Assembly: GCA_004431415.1 (NCBI GenBank)
Contig: QPMI01000482.1
Span: forward strand, 470,169-534,168
Source of the DNA: Cyanophora paradoxa CCMP329
Taxonomy: Eukaryota; Plantae; Glaucophyta
Length of the DNA stretch: 64,000 nucleotides
Direction of reading: 5' to 3'
In this document: positions 1-11,383 of the stretch, in pieces
How the letters are laid out: each line of letters opens with the position of its first letter
How positions within the stretch are numbered: position 1 is the stretch's first letter
Notes under the pieces: model-generated
What the model saw: the letters and a program-made list of their open reading frames with translations, nothing else
Told to the model about the DNA's origin: nothing
Database searches by the model: none
Made by a program: the position numbers and the translations under genes

Positions 1-783
1 CAGGTTATAAGGCTCGTCTCGTAGTAGAAGTAAGCAGATATCGATGTACAGATGTAGATTCGCCGCTACCGCAGGTATGTAGAATAAACTAGCATGCCGT
101 GCCAGTGCGGCCCGTGCGGTCGGCCTGCAGCTGCAGGGAACGGAGAAATTGCGCATGCCAAGCTTGACGAAATCGCGATCAAATTTGTGACGCGGACGTC
201 GACGCTGTGACGGATGGGCCTGGCCGTTTCGCCGGCGTCGATCACGATCGTATCTGCTACCGGTAGCCAGCAGTGCCCACTGCCCAGCACTGGCCCAGCA
301 GGCCTGCAGTGCCCGCTGCCGCAGTGCACGCGCGCGCAGCCAGGCCGCACTGTGCAGGGCACTAGGACTGCGCATGCGGGCGCCGCAAGCTATCATCAGG
401 CTATCATAGAATAGCTACCGTATACGTAGTACCGACAACAGCAGGCCTAGCAACAGGCTGTCACTGCTCTGCCTGTCAGCAGCGAAGGCGTTGGTGTCAG
501 CAGCGACTCCGGTCCCTAGAAGCTGCGGCATTGCTGTTGCAAGCTCACTACAGCTCAGTGAGGTGCCGATCGACGTCGACGTGGAGTGCCGCACAGATTG
601 TTTTGCCCCAGCAGGCCAAGTCAGCGGATCTTAGAGTCAGCGTCTGCCGTTTGCGACGCAACTGCCTCGGTGCGTGCTCTGCAGCAGTGCGTGCACGTGG
701 TCAGTTTGCTTCCCGCCCCCTCCCTGAGCCCTCCGCGCTCACTTTCGCCCGCGGCCGGTCCGACCTCGCAGGGACCGGTAAAG

Positions 784-3700
784 ATGCCGCCGGTACTAGT
801 GCCGGCGCACCGGCGCGCGGGCACACATGCGCACCTCGCGGTGGCGGCGCTGCTCGTGTGCGCCCTGAGCATGCACTTCCCCTCCGGTGCGCGCCGCCCC
901 GCAGGTCGCTGCGCCCTCTAGATCTTCGACCCCGCCCGCGGCCGCCCCTAACCTCTCGCTCGTGCGTCCCTCCCGGCGCGCTCGCCCTCAGCCTCGGGCT
1001 TCGCGACGCTCTACCAGTCGGGCTCTGACGTCTTCTGCGCCGTCGGAGAGTGCGCTGCCGTTGACCCTCTGCCGAAAAACTCGCCAGATCCATGGCCAGT
1101 TCTAGATCGAGAGCTCGCGATCGAGCGCTCGACGATGCGGCCGCGGGGCCACGCGCACGGGCGTACGTGCCTAGCTTATGGGGCCGGGCGCCGGCTGCAG
1201 GACGTGCAAGGTGGAGTGGAGCAGCACGGAGGCGGTAAACTTCTACTTCTGCAAGTCCGGCTCCCTCACCCAGGACGCCTGCTTCCGCGTGCGCGCCCCG
1301 CCCTGCACCCTCGCCGGCTGCGAGGGCGCGCGCTTGAGGCGTCGTGTGACGGGTTCCGGCGGCGCGTGCTGGCAGCTGGCGGCCAACAAGGCGGCGAGCA
1401 GCAGCCGGACGGTCTCGTACTTCACGCCCACCCTCGCCGACTTCCAGACGTGCGCGCCCCGGCCCCATTCCCCGCCTCCCCCCACACCTCTCTCGAGCTC
1501 GGGGCCCCTCGCAGAGTCTGCGGCTCAACATCCTAGTGCGCCCCTGCCCCCGACCCCGGCAACCCCTGCCCCTCTCTGACCCCCCCCCCCCCCTCCACAG
1601 CGGGTGCCTGGTGATGTGGGTGGTGTGGCCGAGCGCGTCGAGCGTCGCCTCGGACTCGCGCTCCCTCGACGTCGCCCTCATGCGCAACGACGTCCTCTCC
1701 TACCGGCCCGCCCCCGCCCCCCCGTCACACCGCCCCTCGCAGCCCAGAGGGGCGGCGACGCGGGAATGCCTGCGTCGGCGGCTGACCGGCCGGCGCCTCC
1801 CACCGCAGGGCGGACACGTCGGAGTCGTGCCAGGCCGACGACACGTGCAAGGTGCGGCTTCCCCGGCCGCGGGGGCCCCCAGCTCTCCCTTGCGCCCCCC
1901 TGCGGGTCTAGAGCCGGCGCGGGGGGCGCCAGCGTCGCGCCAGCGCCCCGCTCACCGCCGGCAGGTGCACTGGACGGGGGTCTACCGCGCAGACGTCTAC
2001 CTCTGCAAGGCCTCCGCCTTCGCCTCTTCCTCCTGCCACAGGGTCCGCGCGCCCCCGGCCCCGGCCCGGCACGACATCGCGCATGCGCGAGCTCCGCGTG
2101 AGCGGTGCGCGCCGGGCGGCAGATCGTGTCGGGGGCGGAGTGGGTGCACGAGCCGACGACCTTCAAGCTCCCCTCCGCCGCCGTCTCCGCCGTCTGCGGC
2201 AGCGCCGCCTCCTCCTGCGCCGCCTACTGGGTCAGCGCGCTCGATCTCGACCTCCGGATCTCATAGAGGACCCTCGCCTCTCTTCCTCACGGGGGGCGGC
2301 AGGTTGTGATGCCGGCCGGCTCGTCGACGGGGGCGCTGGGGGACTCGGAGGCGGTGGCGGTGAAGGCGGCCCCGAGCGCGAGCGCATCCTCCGCCGTCGT
2401 TGCCATCGTCGTCGTGTGCGCCCGCGCCCGCCGCCCCCCGCCGAGCCCCCCGCCCCAGCTGCACGCCACTCGCGATCGAGCGCGGGGGCTTGGCCTGGCT
2501 GCGGCTGATGGCGAGGGGCGCGCAGGGTGGTGATCGGCGCGCTGGTGGTGGTGGCGGTCGCCGCGGCGATCGTCGTCAGGCGGCGCCGCGGCCGGCGCGC
2601 CAAGATCGGCGCCTTCGCCTCCGGCCCCAACGAGGTCCGCTCCGCTCCGAGGCTGCCCCGAGGCTCTCGCCCCCCGCTGAGCCGCCTCGTTTCCAGGTGG
2701 CAGGCGGGCCCAAGCCGATCACAGTGTGCGCACGCGTCGCCTCGATCGTGGTTCAGTCCACTCTCAACAGTCGGGGCTGACGCGGCTCGCTCCCCTCCGC
2801 AGCATCTCGAGCGCTCTCGTGGCCCCCGTCCCCATGCAGCCGTACCCCATGCAGCCGCAGCAGCAGCCGTACCCCTACGCCCCGCAGCAGCAGGCCTTCA
2901 TGCCCCAGCAGCCGTACCCGGGTGAGTTTGAGCGGCCCTTTGCCGTCCCCTCCAGTACTCAAAAGCTCATCCGTTGGAGCAGGCGGGTACCCGAGGCAGG
3001 GATATCCCCCCGCCCCCGGCTACAGCTACCAATACCAGCAGCAAGCGCAGCCACAGCCGATGGAGCAGCCGATGACCATGCACCCCCAGATGCAGATGCA
3101 GCAGCCTCCTGGGTACCCCCCGCAGCCGCAGCAGCAGCAGCCGGGGTACCCTCCGCCGCCGGAGGGGTACCCCGGGGCGGAGGTGAGCCGCGACCTCTTC
3201 CGATCGGGGAGCATGGCGGGCGCCGGGGCGGCCCCCGCCGGCCCTCTCTTCGCGCGCAGCGCGTCGCTCGGGCCCCAGTGCGCCCGCCTGCCTCCCCTCC
3301 GCTCCCCTTCCCATTCGCTTTCCTCTGATCCGTTCCTGTCGCTTTCAGGTTCGAATACCACGTCTTCATCAGGTGCCAGCCCCCTGCGCTCGTCGAGCCG
3401 ACATTAAGAAACGTTTAAGGGCTCTGACGGGGCGGCAGCTACCGGCGGGCCGGGGGCGCGGACCGGGCGCACTTCATCCGGGACCGCCTGGCGGCGCAGG
3501 GCTACAAGGTCTTCATGGACGTCACGGAGCTCGGCCAGGGCAACTTCGAGTCCCAGATCGTCGTGCGCCCCCGCGACGCCGCCGGCTTCGGAGCTCGATC
3601 TCCCCCCCCTCTGCCGTGAAGTGAGCTCGAGGCGCGGCCGCTGAGGCGCGGGGGCCGGGGCCCGGGGCGGGGACAGAACTGGCTGCGGGGCTCGGCGTGC

Positions 3701-4179
3701 GTGCTGGTGGTGCTCTCGCCGGGGGCCCTCGACCGCTGCCGCGACGAGGCCGACTGGGTCCGCAAGGAGCTCGCCATGGCCTGCGCCCTCAAGAAGGCCC
3801 GCCTCGAGCCCGCCCCGCGCCCCGCCCCCCCGCCTCCGCTGAGCGGCGCCCAGACGATCGTGCCCGTGACGGACGCGGCGTTCACGTGGCCCCACGAGGG
3901 CGACCTCCCCGACGAGATCCGCGCCATGCCGCGCCACAACGGTGCCGGCTCCCCCCGCATCCCCCGCCACCCTCAGCGGGGCCCCTGATCATGACTTGGG
4001 CCGGCGCAGGGGTGATGTGGCACCACGACATGGTGGACGCCTGCATGCAGCGCATCTGCGCCTTCGTCGACGGCTCCGTCCGCAGCGCCACCCTCGCCCC
4101 GGCGCAGGGCCCCGCCCTCGCCCCGGCGCAGTGCCCCGCCCCCCACGCCGCCCCCGCTGGCCTCCAGGCGAGCCAGTAG
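784..4179 (+). CDS. Type I transmembrane receptor-like protein: signal peptide, two Cys-rich ectodomain repeats, TM helix, Pro/Gln/Tyr-rich linker, C-terminal SARM1-like TIR domain (~18 exons)
   Basis: Manual splicing gives an N-terminal hydrophobic leader (LAVAALLVCALSMHF) and repeats CAVGETCKVEW...VCGSTSYGCLVMWVVWP and CQADDTCKVHW...VCGSAASSCAAYWVVMP. The TM segment is AVVAIVVVVVIGALVVVAVAAAIVV followed by RRRRGRR. TIR exons 3349-3372, 3439-3562, 3677-3796, 3854-3941 and 4010-4179 read FEYHVFISYRRAGG...YKVFMDVTELGQGNFESQIVNWLRGSACVLVVLSPGALDRCRDEADWVRKELAMACALKKTIVPV...FTWP...LPDEIRAMPRHNGVMWHHD. Confidence 0.88.
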
Positions 4180-4926
4180 CTCTTTCGCGCTGCTTCAAGT
4201 TCGCGCTGCCCCCGCCGCCGCGCTAAGAAATTTCTTAGTAGCTCGTGGATCGATTTCATCTTCATTCATGTGCGAACTCAGTGGCTCTCATCTGGATTAA
4301 TTTCGATTGCGAGTATGCAGCTCGTAAGCTTAGGTTTGTTCTGTATTTGCAGTTGCTTCATGCATGTACAGCTGCTTCAACTTGGCAATTCTGTATTCTT
4401 TATTCTGGATTCTGTAGTCCAGTACTAGTACTAGTGCAGTCCGGATCTATTACGTATACTAGTCTGAGAGTCTTGACCTTCGCTTCCGTATACAGCCACG
4501 CTCGATGCCCCGAGGTTCCCAATTAACGCAGTGATCAATCAACACTGTGACATTCACACGGCCTCATTAGTTTTCCAGTATACATAGTACTCATGATCGA
4601 TCAATGCATATGGTCCCATTAGTGTTCCCCGTTGGTTTTCGCGAGCTGATCATGACGATATCGATGTGCGTGTTTGCAACAAGGTTTAGATCTATAGCTA
4701 GCGCTAAATTGCAATTGCTGAATTAATGTCGACTATAGCTATCGAATTCGATTCCGGTGTTCTCTGAAGCTCATCATGGCCATACCAGTCAGAGTCGACG
4801 TCGACGTCGAAATGGTACCGGTGCGCGAAATTCTGACAAAGTTGGCTAAGCTTTCAAGAAATGTACAAAATCTATAGCTAAGACGGTGCTGAGCTTGAGC
4901 ATGATTCGGGGCCCTCCGGATCCAGC

Positions 4927-7900
4927 CTAGGAGACGCTCTTAAAAGCGGCGGCGGGGGCGGAGCTGCGGCGGCGCTTCGCGGCCCCCTGCTCGATCGGCT
5001 CGCGCGCCACAGACACCTGCAAGAAAATTAAAGCGAGGCCGGTCAGGTCGTTCGCGAGACACGCGTTGAAAGGAGGCTTAAGCTTTGGGTTGTTCATCAA
5101 ATCGAAGTTTGAGAGGGCTGCGGGCCTTGGCGTAGACGCGGGAGGCGACGGCGGCGGCGACCATGCGGGGCCCGCCCTCCAGCTGCACGCTCCCCGCCCG
5201 CCCCCGCCCGCCCTCCCCCGCGCCCCTGCCCCCGCATCCGATCGACTCGAGGGCCGAATCTGAGGCTCGGAAGGGCCGGCGCACGCGAGGGGGAGGCTCT
5301 CCTCCGCGTCGGCCTCAGCGCCGCTCCCGTCCCCGCTCGAGAGCGCCCGCTTCGCCCCGCGCCTCCCGCCCCCGCCCCCGCCCTGCGGGGAACAGCGGTG
5401 ATGAGAGCTGGTGGGGCGCCGGCGGGGCGGGCGGGCCTTCTTGGAGGGGAGAGGGGCCTGGCCGCCGGCCTGCGCCTCCTGCCCCGCCAGCGTCCCCCGC
5501 CCCGCCTTCCCCTTCCGCCCCGCCGCCCCCGCCCCCGCCCCCGCCTTCCCCTGCGCCTCGGCGTCCCCCGCGTCGAAGTCGAAGGCTGCCGAATGACAGC
5601 GCGCGCGATCAGCTTTCCGCGCATGGCAGATAGCACCGCTTTAAATTCAAAATGAAATCTGAGAGGGCATGGCTGCATCCGGAATCAATTTACTCACCGC
5701 TGGCAGCAACGGAGCCCTCCTTGTCCCCTGCGGAATTCGAAGTAAAATAATTATATAATGTCGATGCATATGCTGGATTCTAATTTCGCGCAAGCGCGAA
5801 TAATTTTAAATGGCGTCGTAGGGGGCCACCGGTGCGGGTTGCGCCCGTGGCTGCGGGGGCCTTGGCCTTGTCGGCCTCGTGGGGCGGCGGGTGGCCAGCG
5901 ATGGCGACGGCAGCGGGCCCCGGGGGCGGTTTCGGGATGCCCCCGGCGACGTCACCCTGCGCACGTCGCTGAGCTTGGATGCGCAATCGGACTGTTTTGA
6001 CTTCTAGTTGATGAAGATATGGAGAGATCAATCTTCATTCCATATCTTAATTTAATTTCTTGAAAATCGCGAGAGCTGGCGCGCAGGGACCGGGGGCGAG
6101 GGGGCGCGCGGGCCTGCTTGGCGAGCTCGAAGAGGCGGTCGTTCAGAGCGTCCGCCACAACCTGCCGCCCTGCGCACGCCCCCCCCGCCCCCGCCTCGAC
6201 TTGGAGCGCGGACCGTTTTATGTATTGGCCGGGCCGGGGCTCGCGATCGCGGGCGGGCGCACCGCGGCCGCGGCCGCGGGGGGGACGAAGAAGGCCCTCC
6301 TTCTCCATCCGCTCCATCGCGACCTGAGGCGAGTCGAGTGAGCTCGGGCGAGGCCGGATGCTTCGGGTTCGAAGGGAGGGCGGGCCTCGACGTCGGGGAG
6401 GGCGAGGCCGGAGGCCTCGGCGAGGGCCCCCGCGCTCACGGAGGCCTTCCCCGCCGCCGCCTGCACGCACAGCGCGTACTTCTCTGCGCCCCGCCCCCTC
6501 GAGCTCAGGACCGACCGCGAGGCGCGGGCGGGGGCGCGGAGGGCGGGGGCGGCGTGATCGGGCGGGCGGACGCTCGTCGGCGGAGGCGTCGCGGGGCTGC
6601 TCCTGCGCCGCCCCCTCCCCTGCCTCCTCCATCACCATCGCCGTCGCCCCCGCCTCCTGCCCCCGCGGTCCCCGACTTGAATCCCTCGGATTCAAGTAGA
6701 GAGCACGGCGTGCATCGATGCGCAGCGCATCTACATGCGGATCGACGGACCGCGGGCTCGGCGGCGGCCTCCCGCGGGGCGAGCGGGGGCGAGGGAGCGG
6801 TGGTGCGCTGCAGCTGCGTCGGGATCTTCTCGCGGTCGGCGGTGTGGGCGGCGATCGACGCCGACACCGATACCGGCACCGACGCCTCGGAGGACGCGGC
6901 CTGCGAGGAAGATTAATCATAAAGGCAGTCGGAGCGATATCCGCGGATTTAAATTTCTGCCCTTCGGAATGAATTCGAGAGGGGTGTGGGGGGGCGGGCC
7001 TCGCGGTCGGCGGTGGCGTGGCGGGGGATGCGGAGGGCCCAGCGGCTCGCCCCGCGCTTCACGAGGACGCCCTCCTCCGCCATCTGGTCCAGGAACGCTG
7101 CAGCCCCGCGCCGCGCCCGGAACGCATCGACTTTATATCAGAGATGAATTCGATCGCGGGGCGGGGCGCGCACCGCGGACGGTGTCCTCGTCGAGGAAGG
7201 GGAAGGCGGTGGAGAGGGCCTTCAGGGGGGGGGGGGGGGGGGGGGGGGCGTTAGAGCCGCGAAAAGCGGGGGCGAGGGCCTTGGCCTTGGGGCGGGGCGC
7301 CGGGGGGCGGGCCTTCATGTTGGGGGCGAGGCGGCGGGCCTTGATCTCCTCGACGGCCCCGTCGTACGCCGCGTCCACGTCGACCTCGGCTTCCCCGCCC
7401 CCCGCCGCCTGCGCGAGCGAGCGAGCGCGACCCTGCCATCAGCACGATGTCGACCGCAGGAAGGAATATTACTGGAAATTCAAGAGCGGACGGTGAGGAG
7501 ACCCACCTCCTCGTCTGGGGCCTCGGACGGCGCCTCCGGGGCGGGCTCCGGAGCCGGCGCAGCGCGAGATTTATTGCCGACAGCTGTGCACGCCGGCGAA
7601 TCAATTTGCAAATGCGAACAGACGTATACTTAAGGCTAGTGTGCGCAGCGAATTAAGATTGCAGAATAAATCTAAAAAGACTAGGGCGCTCTAGGTAGGT
7701 CTAGGCCTCGGGCCTAGAGCTCGAGGTATTATTAACATTGTTATTATTATTGATGCCAAGGGCGGGGAGCCTCGGAGCTCACAGAGGCCGGAAAGACCGC
7801 CCTTGAGAGGCTCCTCCTGCGCGCGAGCCCTGCAGAGCCCTCCTCAGCACGAAAATGCAGAGAGCGGGCGGGCGCGCACTTGGCCGCGGCCGGCGCCGCC

Positions 7901-9798
7901 GCCTCGTCGAGCTCGTCCAACACCGACGTGTCGATGTCCCCGCCCGCGATCTGGCGAGAAGCAGCGGTCGCGAGAGCTCGGCCCCGCGAGGTTCACGCGC
8001 AGATCGATATCTAGAGTCGGAGAGCTTGATTTCCCGGCGGGGCTCCACCTTCAGGGTGAGGTTGTGGTACTGCGTCTCGACGTTTCCGACCTGCGCGTGC
8101 ATTTCAAATTTATAAAGTTCGTCGGCCGCGGGCCGGCCTTCAATTTTCGCGCGCTATACGTTTGCTTTTCCGCACCTTGATCTTAGCGAGGGTGGGGTCC
8201 ACGCGCGCTGCGTCTTGAATACGAAGAATGGAATGTTAATTCGATTTGAGGTACAGCTCATTTAAAAACTACATCATGATTGGCACCTGGTGGACCGGCG
8301 CTGAAGAACTCGGGCTCGTAATCTGCGAGGCACGTCGCGTCACAATATTACAATATTAGAATTCACTCAGCGGCGTGAAAAAACCAGTCGATCGCACCCG
8401 GCGGGGTTATGTCATCGCGGTACAGCAGCTTCATTGTCAGGAAACGTTCGTCTGCGGTGGATCGAATTTAGCAATCGGCTTTAGGCCTCGGGCTGGAGCT
8501 CGAGGTTCATAAGAATATGACTGCGTTCAGACCGGGGATCGGAGGGAGGGTCTGGGCGAGTGTGATGAGAGTGCGAAGCAGCCGAACTGCGAATGCGAAA
8601 ATGGAGAAATTAATTATATAAATCGATTTCCCGGGCCGGTGCGTTGCCGCGCTGTTTTGATTTGGGGCGCAAACTTCTATAGTTAGTTGATTGCTTGCAA
8701 TTTGCTTCTGTACGGACCTGTGGCGCCGGTGATCTCGGCGCGCGTGGGGCCGGCCGTCGCGGCGCCGGCGCCCTCGGTCGTCGTCGTCGCCTTGCGCCGG
8801 CCGTTCGTCGTCAGCTCCATTCGAGGGCCCGCGTCCGTGTACGTGATACCGACTGCGCGATCGCGATTAGGGATTTATGGAGTTCAATTGCAACGCGAAC
8901 GTCGACGCAAAAGGGGACGCGGGGCGAGTGCGCACATTCGTAGCGCTCTAGAGCCGTCGACTCGTCATCCGGATCGAGCATTACCGCGAATATCATCGCC
9001 CGCAGCTACGAATTTGATTCAAATGAAAAATTTAAAATTTGTAAACAAAGACCGTTAACGTTCATATGCATGGCCACGCACGTATTGCTTCTCAAGCGCA
9101 TCGAAAACTCCTTTCTGTGCGCGCGTGCGATTACTTGTCGAATGCAAGCGGCAGCTGCAGGCCTAGGCCCAGACATCGATATCGATGTTCATCTTGTTCT
9201 ATCACGAGCTAGGCCGCACCTCGAGCCAGTCGATGAGCAGGCGGGACTCCTCTGTATTCGCGATGATGGCCTACGAGCGGCAAAGGTAAGATTCTAGATC
9301 GAGGAGCTCGAGGAAAGGCAGCGCTAGCGCGCACCTTGATATTGATCCCTGACACTGTGCGATCGTTGAAGCAATCTGAGCGCGCGCGAAAACTCTCTCA
9401 GCGCCTCCGATAACGAGGGCCGGCGCGTCCAAGAATCTAAGCTTGCGTAGTTTGGGGCGTCCAGCTCGGCCCGGGCCCAGGCAAGCTTTAAGGCAAGCCC
9501 GAGGCGCGGCCGCGGCCTTCGAATTCGGCACTTCATTGCACTTCGAGACGCGAAATTAAAAATGCCTCGCCTTCGGGGAAGATGTTGCGCAGGTAGCAGA
9601 CCGAACTAATACTGGTTCGGAGGAGGTTGCGCATCAATTTGAGGCTCTGCGCGAGCGGGCGCGCGATGTGAGCGCGGCTCGCGCCAAATTGATCGCCGGG
9701 CGCCCATTCGGGCCTGAGACTGCGCGCGAAGCTTCTCGCACCTGCTCTGATGTCACTTCCTGCTCGGTGCGGTGCGCCTGCGCCTGCGCGACCGCCAT
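4927..9798 (-). CDS. HOP1: Meiotic chromosome-axis HORMA-domain protein (Hop1/ASY1/HORMAD family) with two putative winged-helix segments and a C-terminal closure motif
   Basis: Spliced exons read MAVAQAQ...SLKLMRNLLRTSISSVCYLRNIFPE-DCFNDRTVSGINIK...EESRLLIDWLE-GVFDALEKQY...[40 protein letters not shown]...VGNVETQYHNLTLK, collinear with the ASY1/HORMAD HORMA domain. The C-terminus KVSVAREPIEQ resembles the ASY1 closure motif. Stop TAG at 4929-4927. Confidence 0.92.
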
Positions 9799-9862
9799 TT
9801 TCGCGCCGCTGTGCTTCGCCGGGTACGTGGAATTCAACGGGTACAGCATAGTCGGCCGAGCA

Positions 9863-10798
9863 ATGTCGTCGAAGCGGGCGAAGCCGTCGGTGCGCGCCAG
9901 TCCCGTGCGATCGAAGTAGCTAGCCATTACTCTTCGGACCGAGCGACCGAATCGCCCGGGGTCGTCGCCCACCCGCGCCAGCATTCCGCAGCGTTTCGGC
10001 GATTGCAGGCTCTCGTATTGGGCCTTCTAGCGCCGGGATAGCCATTATCGCCCGATCGGGCCTCCGGGAACGTGGGTTGCGACTCCGAGCCTCGGGGATG
10101 ACGCCCCGCTATTCGCGGTTGATGCGCGACCTCCCGGAATCTGATACATCGGATTGCAGAAGGACGAGGAGGAAGAGGAGGAGGAGCAGGAGTCCGACTT
10201 CGACGAGCAGGAGAACAGCGAGAGCGACGAGGGGGAGTCGAAGGTGCCCGAGCTGGTCGCCCGTGTACACCACGTACGCGCTCGCTTCGGGCCCCTTAGC
10301 TCCTTGCAGAAACGGCGCAAGAGCGGCGAGAAGGGCAGCTCGTCGTCCGCTCCTAAGAAGAAGGACGCGGACGAGGAGGAGGGATCGGGCGAAGAGGAGG
10401 TTCGCTCCGCTTTCGCCGTTGCTATCTTCGAATCCTAACGCATTCTCAGGAGGAGGGCTCCGAAGAATCTGAGGAGGGATCGGAGGAGGAGGAGGAGGAT
10501 GGTGGCGAAGAGGATGGTGCGCCCCGCCGTGCCCCGCCCTGGGCCGCCCGCCTCCTAGGCTAGGCTCCGCCGCGTCGGGCCCGCCGCGCCCGGCCTGAGC
10601 TCGAGGCTCGGCCTGCCTCGCACCACGCTGCGGCTGACTCGTATACAATGCGCAGTTGCCGACGAGCTTGCCGCTTTGCAAGAGGAGGCCGACATGCCGA
10701 TCGGCGAGGTGATGGAGCGCGCTGCACGGAAGCGCGGGAAGGACGCTCCGTCCCCGCCGCTCCCGCCGGGGGAGAAGGGGAAGCGGCGCGTTGGTTGA
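9863..10798 (+). CDS. Small, highly acidic, probably nuclear protein with an ELAALQEEADMPI motif (candidate histone chaperone)
   Basis: Exons with GT-AG ends read MSSKRAKPS|KDEEEEEEEQESDFDEQE...|KRRKSGEK...PKKKDADEEE|EEGSEESEE...|VADELAALQEEADMPIGEVMERAARKRGK...KRRVG*. Basic NLS-like patches are present. The first exon assignment is less certain. Confidence 0.65.
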
Positions 10799-11383
10799 GC
10801 TTAGAGTAGGATGTCGTTTTTCCCGCACCTCCGCCTCGGGCCCTCCCGGCGCCGGCAGTTCAGGTAGTTTCAAGTGTATTTTGGATTTTCCAGCGCAGTT
10901 CTCCAGTCTCGCTCAAGGGGCCGCGCAGCCCGCGGCGCCGGCCGCCCGCAGCCAGCGCCGGTTCGAAATATCGATCGGCATCGTATCGGGACTCGGGAGG
11001 CGCCAATACTACATCTAGTTCTGCAAGGTTCCCGGTTCCCGCCGGGCCGCGCATGGCGACCGTCGGACAACGCGCCGACGTCGACATGCACAGGCGCCGG
11101 CGTCCCGGCGCGGCCACGTGCACGCTGCTGGCTACATATACGTAAGTATACGCTGAATTGGTTTTTAATTTTCGCCACACGAGACATCGATGCATCACTC
11201 CGGCTGGCGCATCATGGCATAGGGAAGCTCGGGCTGCTGTCAAAGAGCGGCTGCATTATGAGCTTGCTGGTAGAGCGAGCCCAGGTCGAGCGAGCCCGGC
11301 TGCGGGCTGCCGCGATGCGCGGCCAGTGGGCCAGTGGGCCACTGTCTGGGGGGTACGTCGCCACACATCGGCGCAAAGCGCGA

